A stretch of 64,000 nucleotides of DNA from Octopus sinensis. Taxonomy: Eukaryota. The position numbers and the translations under genes are program-made. This document shows positions 40,730 to 53,451 of the stretch, piece by piece. Each line of letters starts with the position of its first letter. Within the stretch, counting starts at the first letter, position 1. The DNA is taken from assembly GCF_006345805.1 (NCBI RefSeq), contig NC_043015.1:1798001-1862000 (forward strand), read 5' to 3'. Under the pieces are notes generated by a model that ran no database searches, was not told the origin of the DNA, and was given only the letters and a program-made list of their open reading frames with translations.

Positions 40730-40868
40730 CAGGTGATGCGACCGACCATTGTTCCAGAGCACATTTGACGTCGTATTCCGGTTGATTAGCGGCCATATAT
40801 GCTGTAGTAAATACTCGAATGTGTGGATAATGTATGGAACCTTTAGCCTCGTTGCTACCATTGAAAGC
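40730..40868 (-). CDS. SIAE: SIAE exon 3 (absent from ORF track)
   Basis: tttgtag|GCT...CCT G|gtaagt; 139 nt, phase 0 to 1. AFNGSNEAKGSIHYPHIRVFTTAYMAANQPEYDVKCALEQWSVASP aligns with the SIAE FNA..EL...YP.IR...QWS segment. Confidence 0.92.
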
Positions 40869-40880
40869 CTACAAATATAT

Positions 40881-40915
<35 letters not shown>

Positions 40916-41430
40916 TATATATATATATACACACACATACATACATACATACATACGTACACAGAAGCACATACATACAGATTTTGAATTGAGTTCAATT
41001 ATATTTATTTGGTTGAATTCTCATATGGTTATTTAAATTTCGTGTTCAAACGCTTATTCAGATGGTTATTTGATGTAAATTAAAGTACATCCAGCTGCTA
41101 CTGTTTTAACGAGCGTAGACACGCGACACTTAAGTAATAGTGGACAGATTCAGCTTGGCTATATTTGATTTTAATTATTCCGACTGAAGTTGTCTTGTGC
41201 ATAATACCTTTACATATACATAGAGATAAGCATACATATTTGTGTGTGTATGAGTGTGTCTGTGTGCATGTGTGTGTCAGTAAATTCTGAGTCAAGTATA
41301 AGGTAATGCGAATATTTCGCAGACTTTCGTTGAAAATGATTGCTCTCTCCAAACGTGTTACAGCAGCAGCAGCAACAGCAATGACGACGACGACGGGAAC
41401 AAAAACAACAACAACAACAACAATAATAAT

Positions 41431-41834
41431 GATTTCAAATTTTTGCCACAAGAGCATCTTGGGGGACGGGATTCACCCGATTACAACGACTTCAGTGCAT
41501 AACTGGTACTTATCTAATCGACACCGAACGGATGAATCGCAAAGTCGACCTCGGCGGAATTTGAACTCAGAACGTAGTGACAGACGAAATACCTATTTCT
41601 ATTTCTTTACTAACCACAAGGGGCTAAGCACAGAGGGGACAAACAAGGACAGACAAAGAGATGAAGTCGATTATATCGACCCCAGTGCGTAACTGGTACT
41701 TATTATAATCGATCCCCGAAAGGATGAAAGGCAAAGTCGACCTCAGCGGAATTTGAACTCAGAACTGAAAGACAGACAAAATACCGGTAAGCATTTCGTC
41801 CGTCATGCTAACGATTCTGCCGGCTCGTCGCCTT
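41431..41834 (-). mobile_element. SINE family B dimer
   Basis: Two body units plus head. Confidence 0.88.
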
Positions 41835-41854
41835 CCACAGCAATAAAAGTAATG

Positions 41855-41911
<57 letters not shown>

Positions 41912-42000
41912 GCAATAATGATGATAACGATGATAACAATAATAATAATGATGATAATGATAATAATAATAATAATGATAACAATAACAACAGCAACAAC

Positions 42001-42040
<40 letters not shown>

Positions 42041-42042
<2 letters not shown>

Positions 42043-42423
42043 TAGCAAAATGTGGAACCTGAAGACTAAAACAATACCTGTTGTCATAGGTGCTCTGGGA
42101 ATGATTGCAAAAGAGGCCGATTGCTACCTAGCTCAGATAGCAGGAAACCCCAAAATGGCAGAAATTCAAAAGATAGTGTTCATGGGAACTGCCCATATCC
42201 CATAGCCATATGCAAAATACTTTCTATGCAATCTCATGTTTTAAAACAAACACATAATTTTCTTATGGTTTCCTAAACATTCTCTAGAACAACACTATGT
42301 ACAAAACAAATTATATGGCACTCTAGGCATAACAACAACATGAACTTCCAGCTTGTTGTCTCTTGATGTCTCTAGGTGAGACTTGGAGCCAACTTGTACA
42401 CATGTAAAGCAAAAGTTAAACAT
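42041..42423 (+). mobile_element. 5'-truncated R4/Dong-like LINE 3' end inside a (TAA)n array
   Basis: SKMWNLKTKTIPVVIGALGMIAKEADCYLAQIAGNPKMAEIQKIVFMGTAHI (RLE C-terminus PVVIGALG...QK.V..GTA.I); (AAT)n at 41848-42040 and 42425-42505. Confidence 0.85.
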
Positions 42424-42426
42424 AAG

Positions 42427-42504
<78 letters not shown>

Positions 42505-42837
42505 TAATCCTTTATAATATAGGCACATGACCTGGAATTTGAGGGGAAGGATATAGTCGATCGTATCGACCCCAGTGCTTGATTGGTACTTAAGTTTTCG
42601 ATCCAGAAAGTATGAAAGCCAAAGTCGACCTCAGCAGTATTTGAACTCAGTACGTATAGAAGGGCGAAATGCCCGACGTCCTAACAATTCTGCCAGCTCG
42701 CCGCCTTAACAAAAATGTTGTTATTATTATTATTATTATTATTATTAACAACACCAAGAACAAAAATAACAACAACAGCAATAATAATAATAATGATAAT
42801 AATAATAATAATAATGATAATAATAATAATAATAATA

Positions 42838-42873
<36 letters not shown>

Positions 42874-43674
42874 TAGCTGTTAACAGCAAATACAAACGAT
42901 AGTTTGCGAAATTTAAAATAGCCTCCACAGAAAAGCGTTTGACATTATATCACATTCTAGGATCATGGGGACTCTTTACGTAATTAAAACTGCCCCAAAA
43001 CTAACAAAATACACGAACCATATAAAAGGAAAACAAACATATCTCTACTAATTAAAAATAAGATTAAAAAAAATATAGCTCTGTATCCATGAAAATAATC
43101 GTCTAGGGAGACACATTATTCCTTCTAATGTTCTGCCAAGCTATGACTCTCTTAATAAATTCGCTCAATGAAACGATCAATGGTTAAATATTTGCAAGCA
43201 ATAATGCGCAGTTAAAAACCACTTTAAAATGTTTATAAATTCCGTAAAGACACACACGTAACAAAAAATAAAAATATAAATGTATAGGATTAAATGAAAG
43301 TATCAGATCAACGACATAGAAAGGTAACCTACCAGTGGAAACATTAAATTACGTAGAGAATTTGAAGTCAATGAACTTGACCAAGCCGCCTATTCAAATA
43401 CCCAGAATAGATAAAAAAAACTGATGAAAAGACGAAGAAATGAAGAAAAAAATTTTAAAAACACATTGCATAAGTTGATGCTTGCTGTTATTAAAATCTT
43501 AATTTAATGCTACGAATAAGGTAATAGAATAACGATGATAGGTATGTATATATTAGCTATACCAGTTACAAAGAGGAGAGTCACCGTTTATATATTGAAA
43601 ATTAGGAGTATTGAAGTGCTTAGACAGGTAAACAAAAACCTACTCAGCATTTTGAGGTTATCGACCCGAAGACG

Positions 43675-43710
<36 letters not shown>

Positions 43711-43799
43711 GTTTATCTATACAGAAAAACACAGACACACACACACAAAGACATATATCTATACATGTATATATATATCTATGTAAATTGATACGTACA

Positions 43800-43865
<66 letters not shown>

Positions 43866-43947
43866 CGTATAGATAGATACATACCTATATACACACATAT
43901 ATGCATATATATAGAGAGAGACACATACACACACACACACATATATA

Positions 43948-44025
<78 letters not shown>

Positions 44026-44609
44026 CAGACACACACACACACGCACACACACACACATATATATATATAGATAGATACATACATACATACATACATACGT
44101 AAATGTATATATACTTGCATACATACATATATAAATATATATATATATAGATTAGATAGATAGATAGATAGACACATACATATATGCATACGTATGTACA
44201 TACGTACATACATACATATATACATGCATACACACATATATGCATGCATACATACATACATACATACATACACACATACGTACGTATGTACATAGACAAT
44301 AGCATAGAAGAAACTCTAATGCAAATAGAAAAGTACTAAAACTGCAGTTCAAGAAAAATACTTGGAAGCAATCAAATGTAAAGTAATTAGTTTTGAAAGA
44401 AGAAAAATTCTTTCTTTCTAATTAAGGAAGCAATTAAGTACAAATTGGCAACTAACTAAACTGAAGAAAATCATTTAAATAAGAACAAACAACGGACAAG
44501 TTTACATAGAAGCCAATAACAAAACATTTTTCTAAAATATACAGAAGGTAAAAATGGAGTGTAAATCACGATGTGGTGAAAATCCTCATGATGCAATGGA
44601 CAGGATGTA

Positions 44610-45023
44610 AAGTGAGCTGGCAGAAACGTTAGCACGCCGGGCGAAATGCTTAGCGGGATTACGTCTGCCGTTACGTTCTGAGTTCAAATTCCACCGAGGT
44701 CGACTTTGCCTTTCATCCTATCGGAGTCGATTAAATAAGTACCAGTTACGCACTTGAGTCAATATAATCGACTTAATCCGTTTGTCTGTCCTTGTTTGTC
44801 CTCTCTGTGTTTAGCCCCTTGTGGGTAGTAAAGAAATAGGTATTTCGTCTGCCGTTACGTTCTGAGTTCAAATTTCGCCGAGGTCGACTTTGTCTTTCAT
44901 CATTTCGGGTTCGATTAAATAAGTACCAGTTACGCACTGGGGTCGATATAATCGACTCAATCCGTTTTTCTGTCCTTGGTTGTCCTCTCTGTGTTTAGCC
45001 CGTTGTGGGTATTAAAGCAATAG
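44610..45023 (+). mobile_element. SINE family B dimer
   Basis: Head plus two body units with the junction gtaaagaaataggtatttcgtctg. Confidence 0.9.
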
Positions 45024-46124
45024 GAATTAAAGTGGATGGAAATGAAAGAGTGACTGAAACGTTCTGAGATAAAAGGAAAGAAGAACAGGCTATTTGAACT
45101 GAACAAGATAAAATATTGACAAAAGCATGATCATAAATTCTTTTTAAGGCCCATGGCTCTATATTTTGACAGGAGGAAATTAATTGATAGCATCAGTCCT
45201 AATACTAGAGCAGTTCTTTTTTTTATCGACTCTCATTAGGGACAAAAGCAATGCTGTTTTTAAGAGTGTTTAACTCAGAAAGTAAACAGTGGGAATATAT
45301 ATTCTTCTATAAGGACACTACGCTCAGCTTCAAGTGCAGAAAACCTGGAAAACAAAGTAAGAAACGGGAAGTATCCAAGACAAATGGAGAATCCAGAGAT
45401 TGAACAAATGAATTTAGTGGAATTAACAAACGAATTTACCACAAGTTTTTTGTAGCACAGGACGAGAAGAAAAGTACCAACTGCTTGATAATAACTGCAC
45501 AGCAACAGAGTGTGGAAGGCAAATTCCTTAAACATTGCATCGATAAAAATGGAACCGGTGAACATTGACATATCTGGAAAATATAATGAAGCCATCACCG
45601 ATTGTTAAGCGTTAAGTATGGAGGAAAGAGACCCCGTGAGACCTTTGACATGTTGCTGTCCACTCTTACAAAATTAATTGCAGCAAGTGAAATCGAGAGC
45701 TCTGAGAAGTGAAGTGGAAATAATAATTATAATAATAATAATAATAATAATAATAATTATAAAAATAATAATAATAATAATAATCATAATAGTAATAATA
45801 ATAATAATAATAATAGTTTCTAACTTTGTGCACAAACGTATATTTGTGAGAAATGCTAGCTCGATTACATCAGCCCTAGTAGTCAACTGGTACTTATTTT
45901 ATCGACCCCGAAAGCATGAAAGGCGAAGTCGGCATCGGTGGAATTTGAACCCAGAAAGTAAAGCCGAAAGAAATGCCACTATGCAATTTGTTCATCGAGC
46001 TAATGATTCTTTCTACTACTACTACTACTACTACTACAACAACAACAACAACAGCAGCAGCAGCAACAACAACAACAACAACAACAACAACTCTGGACAT
46101 ATGAAAAACAAAGCTATTACTTAC

Positions 46125-46456
46125 CATCATTGTCGTAAACTGCATGTTACTTTGACCGGAACATATCCATACATCTCCAAACAAAACATTAACCAGTTTG
46201 ATAGTGGACAGAGACGACTGGACAGTGATAACGTGTGGTCCACCAGCTTCCTTTGCCGGTAATTTCACGGTCCATATACTAGCATTGATAACCGGATGAA
46301 AATAACTAATCGTCTTCAGTACGATGACATCATCTATTTTAATGGTGAGGTTGGTGTTGCTGTGTGTTGAATATCCCCAAACGATTGCTCGCTGTGGGGA
46401 TCTTTGTAACACCATGTTGTTACTGTAGTAAGTGGCAAATCGGATGTTTTGACTCC
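46125..46456 (-). CDS. SIAE: Sialate O-acetylesterase, first identified coding exon (putative exon 2)
   Basis: Acceptor ttttatctattag|GG at 46456, donor ATGATG|gtaagt at 46125. Translates SQNIRFATYYSNNMVLQRSPQRAIVWGY...VLFGDVWICSGQSNMQFTTMM, matching SIAE RFASYINNDMVLQ and FGDVWLCSGQSNM (catalytic Ser). 332 nt, phase 1 to 0. Confidence 0.95.
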
Positions 46457-46687
46457 CTAATAGATAAAATTATGTAAAAGGGGAAAAAGACAGATAAATA
46501 GAAAAATCGTACAATATGTTAGTAGTTGCTGTGAGGTTTGAACCCTTGGCGAACTTGACTGGGCTGATTGGAGATAGTGAACCTGTTTTGGCGACATTCG
46601 GTTTTAGTACTAGAGGGAAACAGACACGCACGTATACACTGACACATAGAGACACACACACGCATCGATCCCTTCTCCGGTGAAATA

Positions 46688-47090
46688 TATGATTATTTAC
46701 TGCCCAAAAGAGGCTACACATAGAGGGGACAAACAAGGACAGACAAACGGATTAAGTCGATTATATCGACCTCAGTGCGTAACTGGTACTAATTTAATTG
46801 ACCCCGAAAGGATGAAAGGCAAAGTCGACCTCGGCGGAATTTGAAACCAGAACATAGCGGCAGACGAAATACCTATTTCTTTACTACCCACAAGGGGCTA
46901 AACACAGAGAGGACAAACCGATTAAATCGATTAGATCGACCCTAGTGCGTAACTGGTACTTATTTAAATGACCCCGAAAGGATGAAAGGCAAAGTCGACC
47001 TCGGCGGAATTTGAACTCAGAATGTAGTGGCAGACGAAATACCGCAACGCATTACGCCCGGTGTACTAACGTTTCTGCCAGCTCACCGCA
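46688..47090 (-). mobile_element. SINE family B dimer bounded by one 15-bp TSD
   Basis: ttctccggtgaaata at 46673-46687 and 47091-47105. Confidence 0.92.
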
Positions 47091-47307
47091 TTCTCCGGTG
47101 AAATACATAGAGATAGGGAATGCGAGAAAAAATATGAGAGACGGAGAAAGAGAGAGGAGCGAAGAGAGTCAGAGAAAGGAAGAAAGTAAGAGAAGAGAGA
47201 GAAGTAGAGAAAGAAAACGTGAGAGAGGGAGAGAGACGTTACTATTTGCTAGTGAGCACGACTGACATAAATACTTTGGCTCTTGTCACACACATGAAGA
47301 GTACTAT

Positions 47308-47978
47308 ATAAAACACGAGAGAAAGAGAGAACAGACAAAAAACCAAAAAGACAAGAGAAGGAAGAAGAAAGAAAAGAAGGCAAAAAGAGAGAAAGGGAGA
47401 AACAAAGAGAGGAGAACAAGGAAGAAATAAGCCCGAAAAGAAAAACGAGGGAAAACGTAGGACGGAAACAAGATCACGGCTTCTACAAGTTAGTAACCTT
47501 CCATTTCTGCCCTGAAATGAAAGAATTGACATGTAATACGGAGGGACATATATGGGTCAACAGGATGACCGATCAGTGGCAGGAGACTGCTCTAATCCCC
47601 GAAGAAAGAGTCGCTGAGTTCCTCAGAGCTGCCGGAGAGAGTGTAACGTTTTACACGAGTGTTCGAGTGAGAGAGCGGCTGCCTGAGGGCTCAGTGATTG
47701 ACTTTAGAGAATTGAAAGCTATTATGGAATACGTATAGAATTGTGAGAAGAGAGAGAAGAAAGAAGAAAAAAAAAAAGAAAATTTTGTGAAATATATGTG
47801 ACGAAAATGTAACCTCTCGATTCCGGGGATCGAGTGGGCATTTACATCTCATTGTAAATATTCTTTCATATGTCATTTTTTACTTTTATTTTTTCCTTTT
47901 CTTGTCATTCGCTTTCTTATTTTAAGTTCCCCGTCTGTACTGTCCCATCTATGTTCGCCCCTTGTGGGTAATAAAATT
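47308..47978 (+). mobile_element. TSD-bounded retroposon fragment with a coding remnant and a SINE-B-like 3' tail
   Basis: 16-bp TSD acatgaagagtactat (47292-47307 and 47979-47994); ORF 47517-47738; tail ctatgttcgccccttgtgggtaataaaa. Confidence 0.8.
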
Positions 47979-48196
47979 ACATGAAGAGTACTATGGACAA
48001 CACATAAGCAGAGAGAAGAAGAAAAAGAAAGAGGGAGAGAGAGAGGGACAGAGAGAAAGAGAGGGGTTTAGCGGGAGGGTGACTGAATTATTGAGTAGGA
48101 GCGTGAGATGGAACGATAGAGAGGGAAACATTTAAACATTTGATGTCAAATAAATGAGCGTCGAATCAGCGGTACCAAAACAATTGTAACGGAAGA

Positions 48197-48431
48197 CAAG
48201 GCGGCGAGCTGGCAGAAATTTAGCACCCCGGGCGAAATGCTTAGCGGTATTTCGTCTGCCGCAACGTTCTGAGTTCAAATTCCGCCGAGGTCGACTTTGC
48301 CTTTCGTCCTTTCGGGATCGATTAAATAAGTACTATTTATGCACTAGGGTCGATATAATCGACTTAATTCGTTTGTCTGTCCTTGTTTGTCCCTTCTGTG
48401 TTTAGCCCCTTGTGGGCAGTAAAGAAATAGT
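48197..48431 (+). mobile_element. SINE family B monomer with 13-bp TSD
   Basis: ttgtaacggaaga at 48184-48196 and 48432-48444. Confidence 0.92.
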
Positions 48432-48584
48432 TTGTAACGGAAGATCACATACTCGAAAAAAGCAACAATAGAGCGATGGTCATTTGGTTTTGTTTGGGTG
48501 TTCCAATTTCATCAAAGATTTATCCGTATGGAAACAATAAAACGTGTACGCGTCTGTTAAAAATGATTGGCTGCAGTGGTTCTT

Positions 48585-48890
48585 GAAGACACATGGCCTA
48601 GTGGTTAGTACAACGGACGCGTGGTCGAGGGATTGCGGGTTCGAATATCAGACCGGGTGATGTGTGTGTTTATGAGCGAAATACTTAAGCTCCATGCGGC
48701 ACCTGTAGGAGGTAATGGCGAACTTCTGCTGACTCTTTCGCCACAACTTTCACTCACTCTTCCTGAGTCTAACGGCTCACCTGCGACTGACCGGCGTCCC
48801 GTCCAAATGGGGAACCTATGCACCAATGAAACCGGGAAACCAGCCCTTATGAGCCAGGCATGGCTTGAGAAGGAAAAACAACAACAGCAA
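48585..48890 (+). mobile_element. SINE (head A variant) with tail d and 11-bp TSD
   Basis: TSD cagtggttctt at 48574-48584 and 48891-48901; tail cctgcgactgaccggcgtcccgtcc...gaaaccgggaaacc. Confidence 0.88.
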
Positions 48891-49044
48891 CAGTGGTTCT
48901 TAACCATTTTTTTCTTTATTTATGAACCCGTTTGATTACTAATTTACTCGGGTGGATCGCATAGCCATTTGATGCTTAAAAACTGGTTTTATAGATTAAG
49001 TTAATTAAAAGCGCCTTCTCGTGTTATGTCGACCCATAAGGGCC

Positions 49045-49257
49045 AGTTTCCCAGTTTCAGTGGCGTATAAATTCCCCACCTGAACTGGACGCCAATCTGT
49101 TGCAGGAATACTCAATTTTGCCAGCTGAGTGGACTGGAGGAACGTGAAATGAAGTGTTTTGCTCAAGAACACAACGTGTGGCCCGGTCCAGGAATCGAAA
49201 CCGTAATCTTACGATCATGAGTTCAACACTCTAACCACTAAACCAGGCGCCTCCTCA
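49045..49257 (-). mobile_element. SINE head D with tail d
   Basis: Head ggaggcgcctggtttagtggttagag; tail cctgcaacagattggcgtcc...gaaactgggaaactgg. Confidence 0.8.
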
Positions 49258-50649
49258 AGTTTTATAGATACTTATTTCAAATTCCCATTTTGGTTTTCAT
49301 CCATTCACTTGTGTATTTCGAACTATGGAAAACATTAAAGAAACTTAGCTGTTTCTCTCACTACACCCATCGAAAGCAACATTTTTTCGTCGGCCCATAA
49401 TATACTACTCTGAACCTCCTGTTTGTAGCTTTGCTTGCACGGGCTCTAAAATCTTATCTGGACCTCAGGAGCATATTGACCTCGGCCGGAAACCACTGGG
49501 CTAAGTCATTCTTGCTCGCCACAGCATATGTTCAAAATTACAATTTTCTGAAGGCTGCATGCGTTTGTGCTCGCACAAAGGTTTTGCTGTTAGCTCACGA
49601 AAGACATCTATGTAAGCACAAAATGTTCTTTGCGAAAAATGATATTGCTGTTATTAATTGTATGTAATAAAAGACAATCTTTTATCTATTTTTCTTAACT
49701 AAGCAGTCGGTTTGTCAAATATCACGTTTGCACATCATTAATCTACGTCATCTCACATATTCTGTTCAAGTTTAGTGCAGCTGAAGCCATGTTTAGCAGA
49801 CACTATTCATATAATAAAGTTTAAGATCTGATTCAAATTCTGTAGATAGCTTAGTGAGTTTTTATTGAAAAAAGTAAATATCGATTCACTGAGAAATTCA
49901 AAAGAATCGAAGGGCGTAAAAGAAAAAGAGAGAGAAAAAAAACTGTTAGTTTGTTTAAAGTTGAATAGTTTAACTAAATAGTAACAACTAATACATCGAA
50001 AGCTCGTTAGGTCATGAAAGTTCAGCTGCGAGAAATATTTATGAGTGATTTGGAAATTGGAGTTTTTTTTCTTTTTCTTTTTTTTTTTTGTATTGTCGTG
50101 ATACGAAAATTGCTAGAAAATATTTGCAAGTAGAAAGAAAGATATTTGGAAACTATAGACATACTTTCAGCAAAATATTTTGTCTGAATTTCAGATTCAC
50201 ATCTAAATATTATGAGCATAACTTTTTGCATTCAATGTCTATGTATATGCTATGCAAAAGTTTATGCAACAAACCCCTCTATTACTCAATATCCAGCGTG
50301 TTACGCATGCTACGAGTGAGCGCGGATGAGCGAGAGCGAAAGTGATCAAACCTCAAAGAGATCAAAGCGTGTTGTTATCCTTCAAAATGAATAGATCGTC
50401 ACTTCAGTTCAGTGCATCTACATGAATATTGTAAAGCATGTTCAACTCCAAGACATCTGGAGAAGCAAAAATTATGTTTAAATTTCTATAAACTATCAAT
50501 TTTATTTCCGAGAAAGACATTGTAACAGAGATAGCATCAGTAACTTTTCACAAGTTGATAATTGTTGAAAACACAATCATAACTTTCAACAAAATATCCA
50601 AACTGTATATGAAATACAGATTTAAAGATTCAACTGATTATAAACCGTT

Positions 50650-51330
50650 TTCTTTTTGTGAATATATTTTTGAGGAGTAATTCAGCTGCAGGCGTACGAT
50701 TCTTCAATTATATAAGCATCAAAAGGTTCATGAAGAAAAGTAAATCATAAAAAGACTTAGAATTAGATTTTGCGCCTGATGGAGCATCGGGATTCTTGGG
50801 GATAGTTAGTTGTACCATAGCAATACATAGTTTAGCAACAACTATGCAGCTCACGAAGAAAATCTCAAGATCTGTGATGCAAGGATAGAAGAGAAGTTGA
50901 CAAGCGAAATTGATACTTTCATGAGAAGAATCTATAGCGTTTTCTCGATTTTCACATAAAGTTTCTATACTTGAAGACTTTGCGGAGGCTTCTGAAAATC
51001 AAGCTGTAGCGCTCAGATCACTTACTGAAGTTAAAAGGTTATCAAGACACTTTGCTTTGCAGACAATAGTAAAACGTTATGCGGTACCGATCATATTCTT
51101 TGAAGAATCTAAATCAAATGCACCGTTGGCTAAATTCCGTCACATGAAATTGATAAACATTACACACAATATAACAGTAAAATTTTAAGAGATGTTTTGA
51201 AGAACTGGATGAACTGTAGAATATACCCACAACGATCGATTCAATTCATTTTGTACGAGGCAAAATTTGTCAAAATAATAAAGCGGTATCTAAGAGACTA
51301 CGTTTCGAAAGAGTAACCGTCGATACTGGT
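50650..51330 (+). mobile_element. Decayed hAT transposase remnant (ZNF862-like group)
   Basis: DGAS at 50778, IDTFMRRIYSVSRFSHK, and TEVKRLSRHFALQTIVKRY at 51024 (compare EVRWLSRHFA); multiple stops. Confidence 0.6.
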
Positions 51331-52131
51331 CGATGATTTTTGCGCTCATTAAGAACAAAGGTTTTCTGAAAATGTGGTACGAATCAGGATATCTCTGTCA
51401 CTGCAGGTTGTAACCTTGCATTTTGCCATGAACAAGTTAATTCCTTTTGCATAAAATGTGACTTCTAGCTGAAAATACTAAGCTATATTAACTATTCAAA
51501 TTTTATATTCAGTATAACAATAACATCTAAGTTGACTTCACCCTTTAGTGAAATAGTGTCATTTGTACTTCAAAAGGAGCAGTTTTATTATCTTTCAATG
51601 TTGCTGGTTATTTTGGGAAACATTTTGTTTCATTTATTGTGGCACGCGACGTTGCAGTTGAATACCTTAATTTAAAAAGATATGGTACTTTTAGGATATT
51701 GACAATCAAAAGCTATCAATTGGATGGAGGTTCGTTTAATCAAAATTTTTCAATTGGTACTAAATCATAAAGAGATAAACCCCAGTTTCTGTCTCCAACT
51801 ACAGATATACTATCGCTTCTCTTTGTCTTCTCTCAGCATACTACAGCGACCTCTATTCTTTATAGCTGGCCAGTCTCGTACCTCCTGCTGTCAGACCCAA
51901 CTGTGACCCACTCGTCTCTCCACATCACCACATTGTTGTTGCAGTGAATACTCTGTCTTGAATAACCGGTATGTCCAGGCCTTCCTGCCGAGAACATCGA
52001 CTATCTGGAAGCTTCCTTGCCTTGACATACAAGTGTTGATCTACGACATTCTAAACAGATTATTAACGTCATCGCCCACGCTGATCGCAATAGACCTAAA
52101 ATAATCACGATCCCCGCCCTTTCCCTTAAAC

Positions 52132-52834
52132 CAGTGGTCTTCAACCATTTTTTTACATATGAAACTTTTTATTCCTAATTTATTCAACTGCATCTCCCTA
52201 AAGCCATTCAATGTTAAAAATGTCCTATTATATTTTTATTATTAAATATTATTAGAAATTGTATCAATCATTGTTAAAATGTTTTGTGTATTGTTGAAGT
52301 ACGAGGGTGAGTCATAAAGTAATGCCATTTTGTTTAGGACATATATTACTACCAATACAGGAACATGTATCATACATCAAAATAAAGCTGGGCCTCGGTG
52401 GATCACATCCTTACTTCTCAACATAGTCACCGCTTCTCTAAATAGCAATGTTCCACCTTCGAGTCAGAGCTTGTATCTCTGCCCCCTAAAATTCTGTTGA
52501 CTGTAATTTGAGCCACTTACTCGTCACTGGACAATCATCGTCACTGGACAATCATCTTTTCGGCCCCATGAAAGAGGATTTGAGAAGAAAACATTAGTCC
52601 AGTGACAAGGAAGTGAAAACTGTAGTGAAGAAGTAGGGATGTGATCCACAGAGGACCAGCTTCATTTTGATGTATGATACATGTTTCTGGGTTGGTAATT
52701 ATGCCTGTCCTAAACAAAATGGTATTAGTTTTTGACTCACCCTCGTATAACTAATTTATTGCTCATGAAATTTAACAAGACCTTATATGAACCTCGATGG
52801 GCCATTTGAACCTGGACCAGGTTTAGAACAACTG
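52132..52834. mobile_element. Possible hAT (Charlie-type) MITE interrupted by the mariner fold-back
   Basis: Ends cagtggtcttcaacc and ggtttagaacaactg; TSD not convincingly matched. Confidence 0.4.
52302..52745. mobile_element. Mariner-derived fold-back MITE made of two 3' ends
   Basis: TA TSD (52300-01 and 52746-47); about 120-bp inverted arms starting cgagggtgagtca; transposase C-terminal remnants on both strands. Confidence 0.9.
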
Positions 52835-52982
52835 ACCTTCACTAAGCATTCACAAATTGTAACTACAAGAGAATGAAAATAAAACGGAGTATCCTCTGTA
52901 TGTTTTTTCAATGGTAGAACCTGTGTCATGTTTACAGAAGATGTGAGTTCGAATCACGCGGCCAGCCTTTGACTTTATTTTC

Positions 52983-53259
52983 GAGTGGCTGTGTGGTAAG
53001 TAGCTTGCTTACAAACCACATAGTTCCGGGTTCAGTCCCACTGCGTGGCACCTTGTGCAAGTGTCTTCTACTATAGCCTCGTGAGTGAATTTGGTAGGCG
53101 GAAACCGAAAGAAGCTTGTCTTATATATGCATATGTATGTATATATATATATATATATGTGTGTGTGTATGTGTGTGTTTGTGTGTCTGTGTTTGTCCCC
53201 CCAACATCGCTTGACAACCGATGCTGGTGTTCCCGTAACTTAACGGTTCGGCAAAACAG

Positions 53260-53290
<31 letters not shown>

Positions 53291-53451
53291 CGACGGGCTT
53301 CTTTCAGTTTCCGTCTACCAAATCCATTCACGAGGCTTCGGTCGGCCCGAAGCTATAGCAGAAGACACTTGCCCAAGGTGCCACAAAGTGGGACTGAACC
53401 CGGAACCATGTGGTTGGCAAGCAAGCTACATACTATACAGCCACTCCTGCG
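52983..53451. mobile_element. Two convergent SINE family C copies (52983-53255 plus, 53291-53451 minus)
   Basis: The heads are reverse complements of each other around a (TA)n. Confidence 0.88.

Noticed and set aside
45275-45598. 107-aa minus-strand ORF in SIAE intron 2
   Set aside because: No recognisable motif, no need for it in the SIAE frame and no convincing splice pair.
45894-46124. C-terminal half of the ORF-track entry 45894-46415
   Set aside because: Intron read-through past the gtaagt donor at 46124 into a microsatellite and SINE.
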